Source: a virus
Strand: one strand, 5' to 3'
DNA length: 64,000 bases
Virus record (IMG/VR): IMGVR_UViG_3300030329_006380
Coordinates: 64,001 to 128,000 of that record
Of the stretch, positions 50,896-59,714 are shown piece after piece (the stretch's first letter is position 1; each line of letters opens with the position of its first letter). A program made the position numbers and the translations under genes. A model generated the notes under the pieces. That model saw only the letters and a list, made by a program, of their open reading frames with translations, made no database searches and was not told the origin of the DNA.

Positions 50896-52027
50896 CACTA
50901 CCCCCACTAGAATCTATCACACAATAATTAATATTCTCTTGTTCCAGTGCATAAAAAAGATTCTGATATGAAAAAGGATAATTGTCTAAATGTTGATTTA
51001 TTGAGTTCCCTCTCTTATTCTTTACTCGATTCAAAAGTCTCTCTCGATGAATATACGGCTTTACGTAGCATATAATCGCAGTTGCATCTTTATCCCGCAG
51101 TATCCTTACCCACTCATTAATGTTCGGCTTAAACCCACTAAGCGATTTGTAATTCGGAGCAATATATATCACAGGATAGTCATCTGTAAACGTTGTTATA
51201 TTTTTCCCATATTTTAGCGATCTCCCCTCACCATCAAAAACCTTGTTTTTAATGATATTCTCCCCCTTGTATTCTACTGGTATATTATAAAAATCATGCA
51301 AGAGCCTCGTTTTCCCAGAAGCGCCGGGACCAATTACAATCCCCCTCTTAAGATTTCGAACCGATTCTAAATCACTAAAAAATATTTTTCTTTTTTGAAA
51401 AATGCAAACATATCTCTCTGGGCCCATAAAGCTTTCTTGATTATCACTAGCCTGTTTAATTAACAAGTCATAATTTCTCTCCCGAAGAAAGGAGATTATA
51501 TCCTGTAGGTTTAGATTTCCTTCAAACTTAACTTCCTTACCTATATCTCTCTCGTAGGCGTCATAGAATCCAAATAATGGAGCTTCTATGCAGATCATAT
51601 CATTCGATAGTTCTGCTACTAAGTCCAATATCTTGTAAGGAGTCTGTACGTGATGTAAAATATTTAATAAGAATATACAATCATATGATTCTTTCGTTTC
51701 ACTTAAAAATGGTTCAAGTTTAGATAATATAAAATTTATATTATCGATATTATTTTTTTCAGCAATATCGATTCCAATATTTAATTTTTTATCATCGATA
51801 TCAACCGCGGTACCTTTTAATATTTTATCTTGTATATTAAACAAAATTGCGCCGGCGGCGGTACCCAAATCTAAAACACTTTTATTATTAAAATAATCAC
51901 CACCAAACATATCAATAATATAATTAGGTGTTCTATTTTTGTCGCCATCTTTCCCCATATAAACCCTGTCACCTATCTGTATATGTCTATAGGTTTTTTG
52001 TGGGTATGCTATATTCTTTTTACCCAT
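50885..52027 (-). CDS. Class I SAM methyltransferase fused to a P-loop (kinase-like) domain
   Basis: VLDLGTAAG, AVDID and LNILHH, then IVIGPGASGKT. Confidence 0.75.
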   Translation of the reverse strand: MGKKNIAYPQKTYRHIQIGDRVYMGKDGDKNRTPNYIIDMFGGDYFNNKSVLDLGTAAGAILFNIQDKILKGTAVDIDDKKLNIGIDIAEKNNIDNINFILSKLEPFLSETKESYDCIFLLNILHHVQTPYKILDLVAELSNDMICIEAPLFGFYDAYERDIGKEVKFEGNLNLQDIISFLRERNYDLLIKQASDNQESFMGPERYVCIFQKRKIFFSDLESVRNLKRGIVIGPGASGKTRLLHDFYNIPVEYKGENIIKNKVFDGEGRSLKYGKNITTFTDDYPVIYIAPNYKSLSGFKPNINEWVRILRDKDATAIICYVKPYIHRERLLNRVKNKRGNSINQHLDNYPFSYQNLFYALEQENINYCVIDSSGGSDVI

Positions 52028-52901
52028 CGTTCACCCCATTTTGTTTTTTTATAAATTCTTCTAAATCAATAACATCTTTTGAGTATTTTTCATTAGCAAA
52101 TTTCTTCCATAAATTTATTCTATGATTTAAATTTTTTCGTTGTGAATCTGTAAGCATGTATATTCCATTGTTGATAAAATTGTGATATCTATTTTCCTTT
52201 TCAGTCTTTGTAATGATTGTATTTTGCACTCCCTTGAAGTGCTGTATACACGTTCCATCAAACCAATCAGATTTTGGATTTGATCTGTTCAGATAATCAC
52301 AATGTATTGCCAAAAATCTTATACCTCTTTCATCAAATTTGAAATAGTCATCCCTAGAAGAGGACAACACACTATTAACAAATTTAGAGTCTCTATTTAT
52401 TAAATTTATAAAAGTATACTGGTCATTTTGATTCCTTTTTATATCAGCAATCATATTAGATTCATAATCTTCAAAAAATTTAAGAGCTTTTTCATTTCTC
52501 CTGACAAGCATAACTCCACTGTTAATCCACTGTGGAAGACTATGCCTCCAAGTAAAAATAAAGTCTGCGGCGTTCTCCTCCGCCATTTTTATAAAGCTAT
52601 CAATATTTTTCAACAAAGCAGTATCGTTATCCATAAACAAAACCCATTCACTATCTGCTTCTTTAAAACCCTGATTCCAGCAAATAATTTTTAAACTCCC
52701 AGGTGAAATTCTAACAAATCCTATTTCATCTCTAAGCTTATTAATTCTATCTTCATCTGTTGGAGTGTCTTTTCCAACAACATTGATTTTCATTTCTGGA
52801 TAAATAGCCTTTACACTATTTTTTAATGATCCGACATAAGGATCACAGCAAGTTCCGAATGAACTTGCTACAACTGATATTTTATCTTTTGTTATTGCCA
52901 T
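52020..52901 (-). CDS. GT-A fold glycosyltransferase (nucleotide-diphospho-sugar transferase-like)
   Basis: WVLFMDNDT (DxD), INSGVMLV, NDQ and HFKG. Start MAITK at 52901 with GGAG RBS. Confidence 0.75.
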   Translation of the reverse strand: MAITKDKISVVASSFGTCCDPYVGSLKNSVKAIYPEMKINVVGKDTPTDEDRINKLRDEIGFVRISPGSLKIICWNQGFKEADSEWVLFMDNDTALLKNIDSFIKMAEENAADFIFTWRHSLPQWINSGVMLVRRNEKALKFFEDYESNMIADIKRNQNDQYTFINLINRDSKFVNSVLSSSRDDYFKFDERGIRFLAIHCDYLNRSNPKSDWFDGTCIQHFKGVQNTIITKTEKENRYHNFINNGIYMLTDSQRKNLNHRINLWKKFANEKYSKDVIDLEEFIKKQNGVNDG

Positions 52902-52902
52902 A

Positions 52903-53499
52903 TTATTTTCTCCAGTTATTATTTTTGTTAAGGTATTCATTTGGATTATAAGACTTAATCGGTGTTTTCCAGTCGCCATAATAAAATGTCAAATATTCTT
53001 CTGCGGGACCAGGAAGAATAAAATCTCTGCCCCTGAAATTAAATTTCTCGCCATTGTTATAATATTTATTAGGGAATTTCTGTTGTAAGTCACATCGATA
53101 TCCCATGCCATTATCATAAAGAGCACTAGTTGCAATTTTGATGCCGTGTTTAAAAAATGCCATTTTGCTAGTTTTTCCCCTGAATGTGGCGCGGGTGATG
53201 AATCCATGACTAATAAACGTCTCCTTAATTTCTTCAAAACGTGGTACATAAACCTCAGAAAAAATCTCAATATCAATTTCATCATCCCATGAGATAAAAT
53301 CCCCATCGCGATAAAACCCTAAAGCGGTACCGCAAGACAAAAAATATTTTATTCCCAATTCTCTAAAGATATCATCAACCTCTAAAAGTGCTAACGATGC
53401 TGCTTCCCTATCCATACCTTTGTTGGGTACATGATAATTGTGCCTCACTTTTCGCCATTCCTCAGTTGATAAAAGACTTATTATTTCATTTTGTTTCAT
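52903..53499 (-). CDS. licD: LicD-family phospho(no)transferase 1
   Basis: YFLSCGTALGFYRDGDFISWDDEIDI and YLTFYYGDW. Confidence 0.9.
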   Translation of the reverse strand: MKQNEIISLLSTEEWRKVRHNYHVPNKGMDREAASLALLEVDDIFRELGIKYFLSCGTALGFYRDGDFISWDDEIDIEIFSEVYVPRFEEIKETFISHGFITRATFRGKTSKMAFFKHGIKIATSALYDNGMGYRCDLQQKFPNKYYNNGEKFNFRGRDFILPGPAEEYLTFYYGDWKTPIKSYNPNEYLNKNNNWRK

Positions 53500-54086
53500 A
53501 TATACAGACTCCTGTTAAAGTAATTTTCTTTCGACGGAGTATTCCAATCTTTACCATATGTATGTTCTACATATCCCAGTACATCAGGAGCCTGGAAATT
53601 CATATTTTTAAAAATTATATTTTGACCTCTCTCGTATAAACTGGCTGGCCATTTGTACCTATACCTATAGCGTATTTTTTTGACCGGATTTAAATAAAGG
53701 GCAGCGATGCCGACTTTTTCACCAGAATGATAAGCATTAATCTTCATATTGGGGTACTCTCTAATCCCCCTAGTGATATATCCTAAGTGAGTTAATTTGT
53801 TTTTTATAGTATCAAATTTAGGTATCAATTGTTCTGCAAAGACGTCCATATCTACATCGGGATCCCACTGGATGAAGTCGCCTTCTCTTAGATAACCCAA
53901 TAGAGTGCCGCCGGAAAGAAACAAATCTACACCTTCCTCTGATAATATTTTTTTAAAATTTGCCATTATTTCCATTCTTGCGTTGAAATTGTAATTTGGA
54001 AACGAATTCAAGAGCGCATCTTTGTTCTTCTTTTTATATCTAATCCACTCCGAATGTGACATACTGCTAATCTCAATATTATTCAT
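53496..54086 (-). CDS. licD: LicD-family phospho(no)transferase 2
   Basis: FLSGGTLLGYLREGDFIQWDPDVDM and YVEHTYGKDW. Confidence 0.9.
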   Translation of the reverse strand: MNNIEISSMSHSEWIRYKKKNKDALLNSFPNYNFNARMEIMANFKKILSEEGVDLFLSGGTLLGYLREGDFIQWDPDVDMDVFAEQLIPKFDTIKNKLTHLGYITRGIREYPNMKINAYHSGEKVGIAALYLNPVKKIRYRYRYKWPASLYERGQNIIFKNMNFQAPDVLGYVEHTYGKDWNTPSKENYFNRSLYI

Positions 54087-54486
54087 AATCCTCTTTTATT
54101 CTCTCAATGATAGCGGTCGTAGAGACATGCTTAGTTCTAGGTACATATTTCATAATACCCATTTTTATTGGTACTGCCTGCTGTCTTAGGAGTTCGGGCG
54201 TGATATCATCGCCCCTAACAACATAGTCAATTTTGTTCTCCCCTAAGAACTGTTCGGTCATGATAAGAGGTGCTGCCTCTATTACTTCATCGACATATCT
54301 ACAAGCGCGGACCAATTCATATCTCTGTGACTCATTGATGATAGGTACTCTTTTATAACTAGCAATATCAGCATCTGAGTGGACACCAACAATCAAATAG
54401 TCTCCTTGTTCGCGCGCCCTCTTAATCAGATTTAAGTGACCCAAGTGGAATAAATCTGCTGCCATATCAGTGTATATACGTATCAT
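54079..54486 (-). CDS. HxGH-type cytidylyltransferase (TagD/ECT/Fom1-CyTase family)
   Basis: ADLFHLGH, LIVGVHSD, CRYVDEVI, VVRGDD and RTKHVSTT. Confidence 0.9.
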   Translation of the reverse strand: MIRIYTDMAADLFHLGHLNLIKRAREQGDYLIVGVHSDADIASYKRVPIINESQRYELVRACRYVDEVIEAAPLIMTEQFLGENKIDYVVRGDDITPELLRQQAVPIKMGIMKYVPRTKHVSTTAIIERIKEDYE

Positions 54487-54487
54487 C

Positions 54488-55471
54488 TTATACTGTGTCC
54501 TTAAAGGCTTTAACTATTTTTTTAAATTTGATATCAAAATCCACGCTCATTGTCGCGACTCTGAAGCTACGGTCTACGCCATCAACACCCGAGTAAATAA
54601 CAATCTTGCGACTCAATAGAAAATCATGTAATTTTTTGTATCCCATTCTAGGATGTTTAAATGCAATTATTGAATTCGCCGGATTAGAATTAATACACTC
54701 GATTCCGATAGATGACATAGCGGATATTAATTTTTCTCTTCGAAGGTTAAATATTTTTTCATTTTCCAAGCTTTGGTCAACAGTATATTCTAAAGCATAT
54801 ACCGATTGTGTTGGCAGCGTAAAAGGCAAATGACCCAATTGATACTTCGAAAGATTTCCATAATAAGATCGATCAAAAATCTGCATCTCTTTATTCCACA
54901 ACACTATTCCTAAGCCCGGAGTTGACTGTAGGCACTTGTTACTACAAAAAGACAATGCCGCTATCCTATGACCAAGTTTTTTATAGTCGGAGGCGCCAAA
55001 AGCAGAGGTGGCATCAATAATAAATTTAGCCTCTGGGTAGATCTTGCACATCTTCTCTAGAGAATAATGCTCCCCTGTAGAAGTCTCATTTTCAACATAA
55101 TAAACATACTTAACATCTCTATTTTCAACCAAATCATCAACTATTCTAGAGTTGACCTGCGCGCACTGAATGTTATATGTTTTGAAAATTTCCATTGCAC
55201 GTTGACCATACTTGCCGGCGTTGACAACAAGCGTATCATTTGGTGCCAGTGAAGATATCATGGCTTCCATTGCCGCTGTTCCGGATCCACAAAGAATTGC
55301 GATTCGGCCGGCCGATGAAAATTTTACAGCACTTAAAAGTTTCTCCTGTAGTGATCTGAGTACTGCCTTGAAGGTGTCTTCTCTATGACAAATATCACTG
55401 CCCAGCCACTGCTTTATTTTAGTCAGAAACCTAGTATTTGTAGGTCCGGGATTCAATAGGATATCAGACAT
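54488..55471 (-). CDS. aepZ: Class V PLP aminotransferase, 2-aminoethylphosphonate transaminase (AepZ/PhnW-like)
   Basis: LLNPGP, GSGTAAMEA, NAGKYGQR, ETSTG, IDATSAFG and SNKCLQSTPG (PLP lysine); neighbours the Ppd genes. Confidence 0.8.
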   Translation of the reverse strand: MSDILLNPGPTNTRFLTKIKQWLGSDICHREDTFKAVLRSLQEKLLSAVKFSSAGRIAILCGSGTAAMEAMISSLAPNDTLVVNAGKYGQRAMEIFKTYNIQCAQVNSRIVDDLVENRDVKYVYYVENETSTGEHYSLEKMCKIYPEAKFIIDATSAFGASDYKKLGHRIAALSFCSNKCLQSTPGLGIVLWNKEMQIFDRSYYGNLSKYQLGHLPFTLPTQSVYALEYTVDQSLENEKIFNLRREKLISAMSSIGIECINSNPANSIIAFKHPRMGYKKLHDFLLSRKIVIYSGVDGVDRSFRVATMSVDFDIKFKKIVKAFKDTV

Positions 55472-55928
55472 TCAAAAAACTCCGGAGATTCTCAATATTC
55501 TCTTTACATGAGAGGCCAACACGAGGAGTTTTACCATCATTGGAAATTTTTATAATCTCGTTAACGCCAACATAATTAAGCTCCAAGTCAGAGCATTTAT
55601 ACTCGCCAACTGACTCGTGGCAACCATTATCCAGTACGTAAATATATAGATTACCGAGGGCCTCATCCCTAATGGTATGGGTAATCCCCAGATGCATAAG
55701 AAGTGATGCATCACCCACAAATACTACAACATCTTTATCAATATTCCTTGCAGCCCCCAGCCCTATTGCCGGTGAAAGACCCATACTGCCTTGCATATAA
55801 AGAATATTTTTATTATCCGGGTATATATTATATATTGCGCGGGACAAATACCCAGTATTCGTAATATATAAAGAATTCTCTCCGTGTCTTTCAAAAATAT
55901 TTTTTATCGCTTCCTCTCTACTTAGCAT
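55464..55928 (-). CDS. ppd: Phosphonopyruvate decarboxylase, C-terminal (ThDP-binding) subunit
   Basis: TGYLSR, MQGSMG, and VGDASLLMHLG...VLDNGCHESVG (GD-x-NN-type ThDP motif). Confidence 0.8.
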   Translation of the reverse strand: MLSREEAIKNIFERHGENSLYITNTGYLSRAIYNIYPDNKNILYMQGSMGLSPAIGLGAARNIDKDVVVFVGDASLLMHLGITHTIRDEALGNLYIYVLDNGCHESVGEYKCSDLELNYVGVNEIIKISNDGKTPRVGLSCKENIENLRSFLNV

Positions 55929-56313
55929 TATTTTCACCACATATCAAAATATAATTTGAGTAACCAATTAAATCCAAGATCTTTTGATCAACCTCCCCCA
56001 TCACTTTGTGTTGAGGAAGCGTGTGTCTGTGTCCAATTATCAACAATGGTTCAATACCAAAGGGGATACACAAACTAGTCAAGGGATTAATACAATTTCC
56101 CAGTCCAGAATTCTGTAAATATACACATGGTTTCTTGCCGGCTAGGGCTGCGCCGAAAGCTATAGCTACCGCCTGCGATTCATGTACCGCTATTATATTT
56201 GGCACACCAGATGCAAGGATATCATTTTGGAAATTCTTTAAAGCACTGTCCGGAACACCGGTGAAAAAATCGTATCCCTGTTTAGATAATCTTGAATAGA
56301 GGTCATGATCCAT
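55918..56313 (-). CDS. ppd: Phosphonopyruvate decarboxylase, N-terminal (PYR) subunit
   Basis: FFTGVPDS, HESQAVAIAFG, VYLQNSGLGNCINPLTSL, IIGHR and QHKVMG. Confidence 0.8.
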   Translation of the reverse strand: MDHDLYSRLSKQGYDFFTGVPDSALKNFQNDILASGVPNIIAVHESQAVAIAFGAALAGKKPCVYLQNSGLGNCINPLTSLCIPFGIEPLLIIGHRHTLPQHKVMGEVDQKILDLIGYSNYILICGENNAK

Positions 56314-57169
56314 ATTTATCCTGATTCTCCTTCATTTCATCCACAGCAATCAAATCAAAGATGGTTGTCATGGGAACCACAAAATCATTTCCGGCAGAAA
56401 GAGTACCCTCTTTAATAATAGTCGTAAACATAGATTCTAGAGTGTTAACTGTAGCCCTGACGGAGTAATTAGCATAGATTGCCAAGCTTACACCACAGTT
56501 CCTCATCTGTTCCGTTGTCATCTGGTTGTATGTGGTGGGAACAATAACCAAAGGCGTTGTCAACCCCTCTTTGTGATATCGATCGCAAAATTTTAAAACT
56601 TCATCCGGTGTCTTATTCTTGTTGTGGATCAGGAAGCCGTCGCAACCAGCATCAGTATATGCCTTTGCTCTCTCGATGGCGACGTCAATGCCTCTGTTTT
56701 GTATGAGAGCCTCTGTACGTGCAATCACCGCGAAACCTTCCTTGTTATTCTTCTCCAAGGCCGCTTTAATCTTTCCAACTGTCGTAGGTGTTTTTTCAAG
56801 TACTTTCTTCATACCATAAAAAGAACATCTCTTAGGCGAAGGGTTATCCTCGATGCACATCGCCCATGCACCAGCCTTAGAATATTCACGTGCCATCCGG
56901 ATAGTGTTGATAGCACTTGGACCACCTTCATCTGCGTCAACTAAAATAGGTATATTCACTCGATCTGCAATCTTGCTAATCGCGTCTGCATAGTCAGCTA
57001 CATTCAAAATTGATGCATCTGGGAATCTGTTCCATGCGTGCATCTCAAAACTAGAAAGCCAAATCGCGTCAAATCCTGCATTTTCGGCCAACTTTGCTAT
57101 CATTGCATTACTTGCACCGCAAGCCAAACTTAATTTTTCATCTCTCAATAAATCTTTTATGGTTCTCAT
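56303..57169 (-). CDS. pepM: Phosphoenolpyruvate mutase (ICL/PepM superfamily)
   Basis: GFDAIWLSS, PD, PILVDADEG, IEDNPSPKRCS, IARTEALI, GCDGFLIH, PLVIVPTTY and IYAN; immediately upstream of ppd and the AEP transaminase. Confidence 0.78.
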   Translation of the reverse strand: MRTIKDLLRDEKLSLACGASNAMIAKLAENAGFDAIWLSSFEMHAWNRFPDASILNVADYADAISKIADRVNIPILVDADEGGPSAINTIRMAREYSKAGAWAMCIEDNPSPKRCSFYGMKKVLEKTPTTVGKIKAALEKNNKEGFAVIARTEALIQNRGIDVAIERAKAYTDAGCDGFLIHNKNKTPDEVLKFCDRYHKEGLTTPLVIVPTTYNQMTTEQMRNCGVSLAIYANYSVRATVNTLESMFTTIIKEGTLSAGNDFVVPMTTIFDLIAVDEMKENQDKYGS

Positions 57170-57179
57170 ATCACTTCCC

Positions 57180-58070
57180 TTATTCCGTGACGAAGTTTAA
57201 ATACTCTTTTGCTACGTTATGCATATTATAGCAAGAATCATAGGAATTGTCAAGTTTATTATTAAAGTTCAAGACCTTGGGGGAATATAAATCTATTGGT
57301 GAAAAATCCCATTCCTCTTCTTCAATAATAATTGCATTAGGGCCTGCTATTTCCTTGGTCCCTCCGGAGGATGAACATATCACCCTGCACCCGCACGCGC
57401 GGGCGTCGACAACAACATTTGGACAATGATCTAGCCATGCCAAGTGAATAAAATACTTTGAAGCTTTGTAGATTGAAATTAACTGCCTCTGATTTAAGTG
57501 GCCCAAGTATTTAATTCTAGGATGTTTAATCGGTTCTTCGTTAGTTGAACCAGCAACCAAAAGACAATCTCTTGCGCCCGAATGCTCTAAAAAATATCTT
57601 ATATTTTCTGATAATCTTTTGTGAGGGCGCCACGATGAAGCGCATACCCAAATATTATCATAATTCTGCGAGAACTCATCAATAGGAGAAACCTGATCAA
57701 TTAATTCTAAATCTGCGCCATTGTGAATGACCCTGTAGTTCTTGTGTGGGCCAAACCACCTAAAAATAAGATCTTTGTTGAAAGTGGACTGAAATATTAC
57801 CCCACTAGAATGTCTGTATGTTCGAAGAATATTACTATTCTTTATATCATAATTCTCTTGTGTATTAAAATAAATGCCATCTAATCTCTGAAAAGTGGGC
57901 ATAGAATTAATGTTTTTACGATGGGACTCGATAAAACATAGGCTGATATCGGAGATTCTTAGGTCGGTAACCTCACACCCCAAGATATTGAATTGATTTT
58001 TTAATTTTTGAGCAAATGAATTCGGGCCGCTGTTGCTACCCAAGTTAACATTTTCTAGGCATATTTTCAT
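57180..58070 (-). CDS. GT4-family (GT-B) glycosyltransferase
   Basis: IHNG, WRPHKRL and DHCPNVVVDARACG (variant E-x7-E motif). Confidence 0.85.
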   Translation of the reverse strand: MKICLENVNLGSNSGPNSFAQKLKNQFNILGCEVTDLRISDISLCFIESHRKNINSMPTFQRLDGIYFNTQENYDIKNSNILRTYRHSSGVIFQSTFNKDLIFRWFGPHKNYRVIHNGADLELIDQVSPIDEFSQNYDNIWVCASSWRPHKRLSENIRYFLEHSGARDCLLVAGSTNEEPIKHPRIKYLGHLNQRQLISIYKASKYFIHLAWLDHCPNVVVDARACGCRVICSSSGGTKEIAGPNAIIIEEEEWDFSPIDLYSPKVLNFNNKLDNSYDSCYNMHNVAKEYLNFVTE

Positions 58071-59713
58071 AAAGACTTTAATCTCTCATATTGAGACTTC
58101 TTTCTTATCTGTGCTTCGATTCGTAACTGATCTCTCCGTTGCACCCGATCAACAGAAAGAGGATTTAGGCGATTGTAAGTATATACAATCTGATCGATCG
58201 ATTTATAGTGTGTTTGGCCGGCCATCTCTAACATAGGATACATCAAGGCTCGATCAAAAGTACATTGGTAAAATTTACCATCTTCATCTTTTAAATCTGA
58301 TTTGTCAATCTTATCAAAAAGTTTTTTTCGAAAAGTTCTAAGGTGGGAAAAAACATTTGGGTGACCCGAACCATCGTAATATTTTCTTAAGTTACCATTC
58401 CACATTGCATCATCAGAGTTAGCCGATTTAACTACCCGACATGTCGTTGATTCTATGTATGTTCCTGCGGTAATCCATGTCTCCTTATCATATTCCTCAT
58501 TAAGCCTAGCTAACACATTAAAACTAGATAACCAGTCATCGCCATCGAGCAACACTATAATTGAGTCATCACGGACTTGCTTTATAGCATTGTTAATATT
58601 ATACAGAGCCTTGTAATTCTTCTTATTCCTTATAATATTTAAACGATCTTCTTTGTCATAAAGATCTTTTATCTCAGAAACCAAATCATATGTGGCATCC
58701 TCTGAATCATCGTCGATGTAAATAATATTAAAATTACCATATTTTTGGTTTAGTGCAGATAAAACATTTTTTTCAACCCATGGGGCGCAATTATATGCAG
58801 GTATAATAATCGTAAAATGGTTTTTCTCTAATAAGTTATTGCCTATAGGAGTGTCAATGCTGGATATCTCTTCTATCTTTTTCCAGAATGTTAGCGGTCT
58901 AGATGATAGATACTCTTCTATCTCCCTCGTTGACGTTGAACTAAACCATGTCTCATCTTTATGTTGAACATGGTCATTTATAATCAATTCCTTCCCTAAT
59001 AATTTAGCCTCTATTACCATTCTAGGGCAAGTATCTGATCCAATTGGCAAAAAAAGCAACCCCCTGCATGCTTGCATTTTTTTTAAAAACTCTTTATGAG
59101 GTAGATCCCCAACTAATTCATACTCTAGATTATTTTCTATCGCATACTCAATCGCTTCTCTAACCCCCTTGATTTTTGAACTGGAATTCATTATAAGCCA
59201 TTTATTAGTATGACCCTTCTTCTCTTTCAAAAGAGAAATATATTTCAAAGTGTCTAAAGAGAAAATAGAACTGAGTACATAACTCTCTTTGTTCTTCAAG
59301 AAGGGAAATTTACTATGATATTTATCTCTCTGTCCCTGTGACATCCACCACAATGATTTTGCACCCTTGAAAAAGATAGATATTAGTTTACCATGTGATT
59401 CTTTGTGGCATTCGCATTTCCCCTCGGCCATTTCATGCAACTCTTCACATCGAAATTTACAAAATTTATAATCGTATTCAATCACTGAATATTCTAAATT
59501 TTTATATGCGTGCAAAAGAAGCGATGTATCTAAATTATAAAAATTTCCAAAAACCCAGTGATAATCCTTATAAGAATGCATATGCTTTTTGGTACAATGA
59601 TGTGAGTGGAGTTTAATAACTGGGAGCGGGCATTTCTCTATCAACGCCTCAGAAGTTAATTCTGCTCCACCTGCATGATCTTCTTTGAAGAAGTCCGAGA
59701 CAAATACAATCAT
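58067..59713 (-). CDS. Two-domain glycosyltransferase: GT-B N-terminus plus GT2 (GT-A) C-terminus
   Basis: GGAELT and DTCPRMVIEAKLLG; then IIIPAYN, YIDDDSED and LLDGDDW. Confidence 0.85.
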   Translation of the reverse strand: MIVFVSDFFKEDHAGGAELTSEALIEKCPLPVIKLHSHHCTKKHMHSYKDYHWVFGNFYNLDTSLLLHAYKNLEYSVIEYDYKFCKFRCEELHEMAEGKCECHKESHGKLISIFFKGAKSLWWMSQGQRDKYHSKFPFLKNKESYVLSSIFSLDTLKYISLLKEKKGHTNKWLIMNSSSKIKGVREAIEYAIENNLEYELVGDLPHKEFLKKMQACRGLLFLPIGSDTCPRMVIEAKLLGKELIINDHVQHKDETWFSSTSTREIEEYLSSRPLTFWKKIEEISSIDTPIGNNLLEKNHFTIIIPAYNCAPWVEKNVLSALNQKYGNFNIIYIDDDSEDATYDLVSEIKDLYDKEDRLNIIRNKKNYKALYNINNAIKQVRDDSIIVLLDGDDWLSSFNVLARLNEEYDKETWITAGTYIESTTCRVVKSANSDDAMWNGNLRKYYDGSGHPNVFSHLRTFRKKLFDKIDKSDLKDEDGKFYQCTFDRALMYPMLEMAGQTHYKSIDQIVYTYNRLNPLSVDRVQRRDQLRIEAQIRKKSQYERLKSL

Positions 59714-59714
59714 C

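Noticed and set aside
54488-57169. Methylphosphonate / aerobic methane link
   Set aside because: No phosphonoacetaldehyde reductase or MpnS-like dioxygenase is in the window; the transaminase points to AEP.
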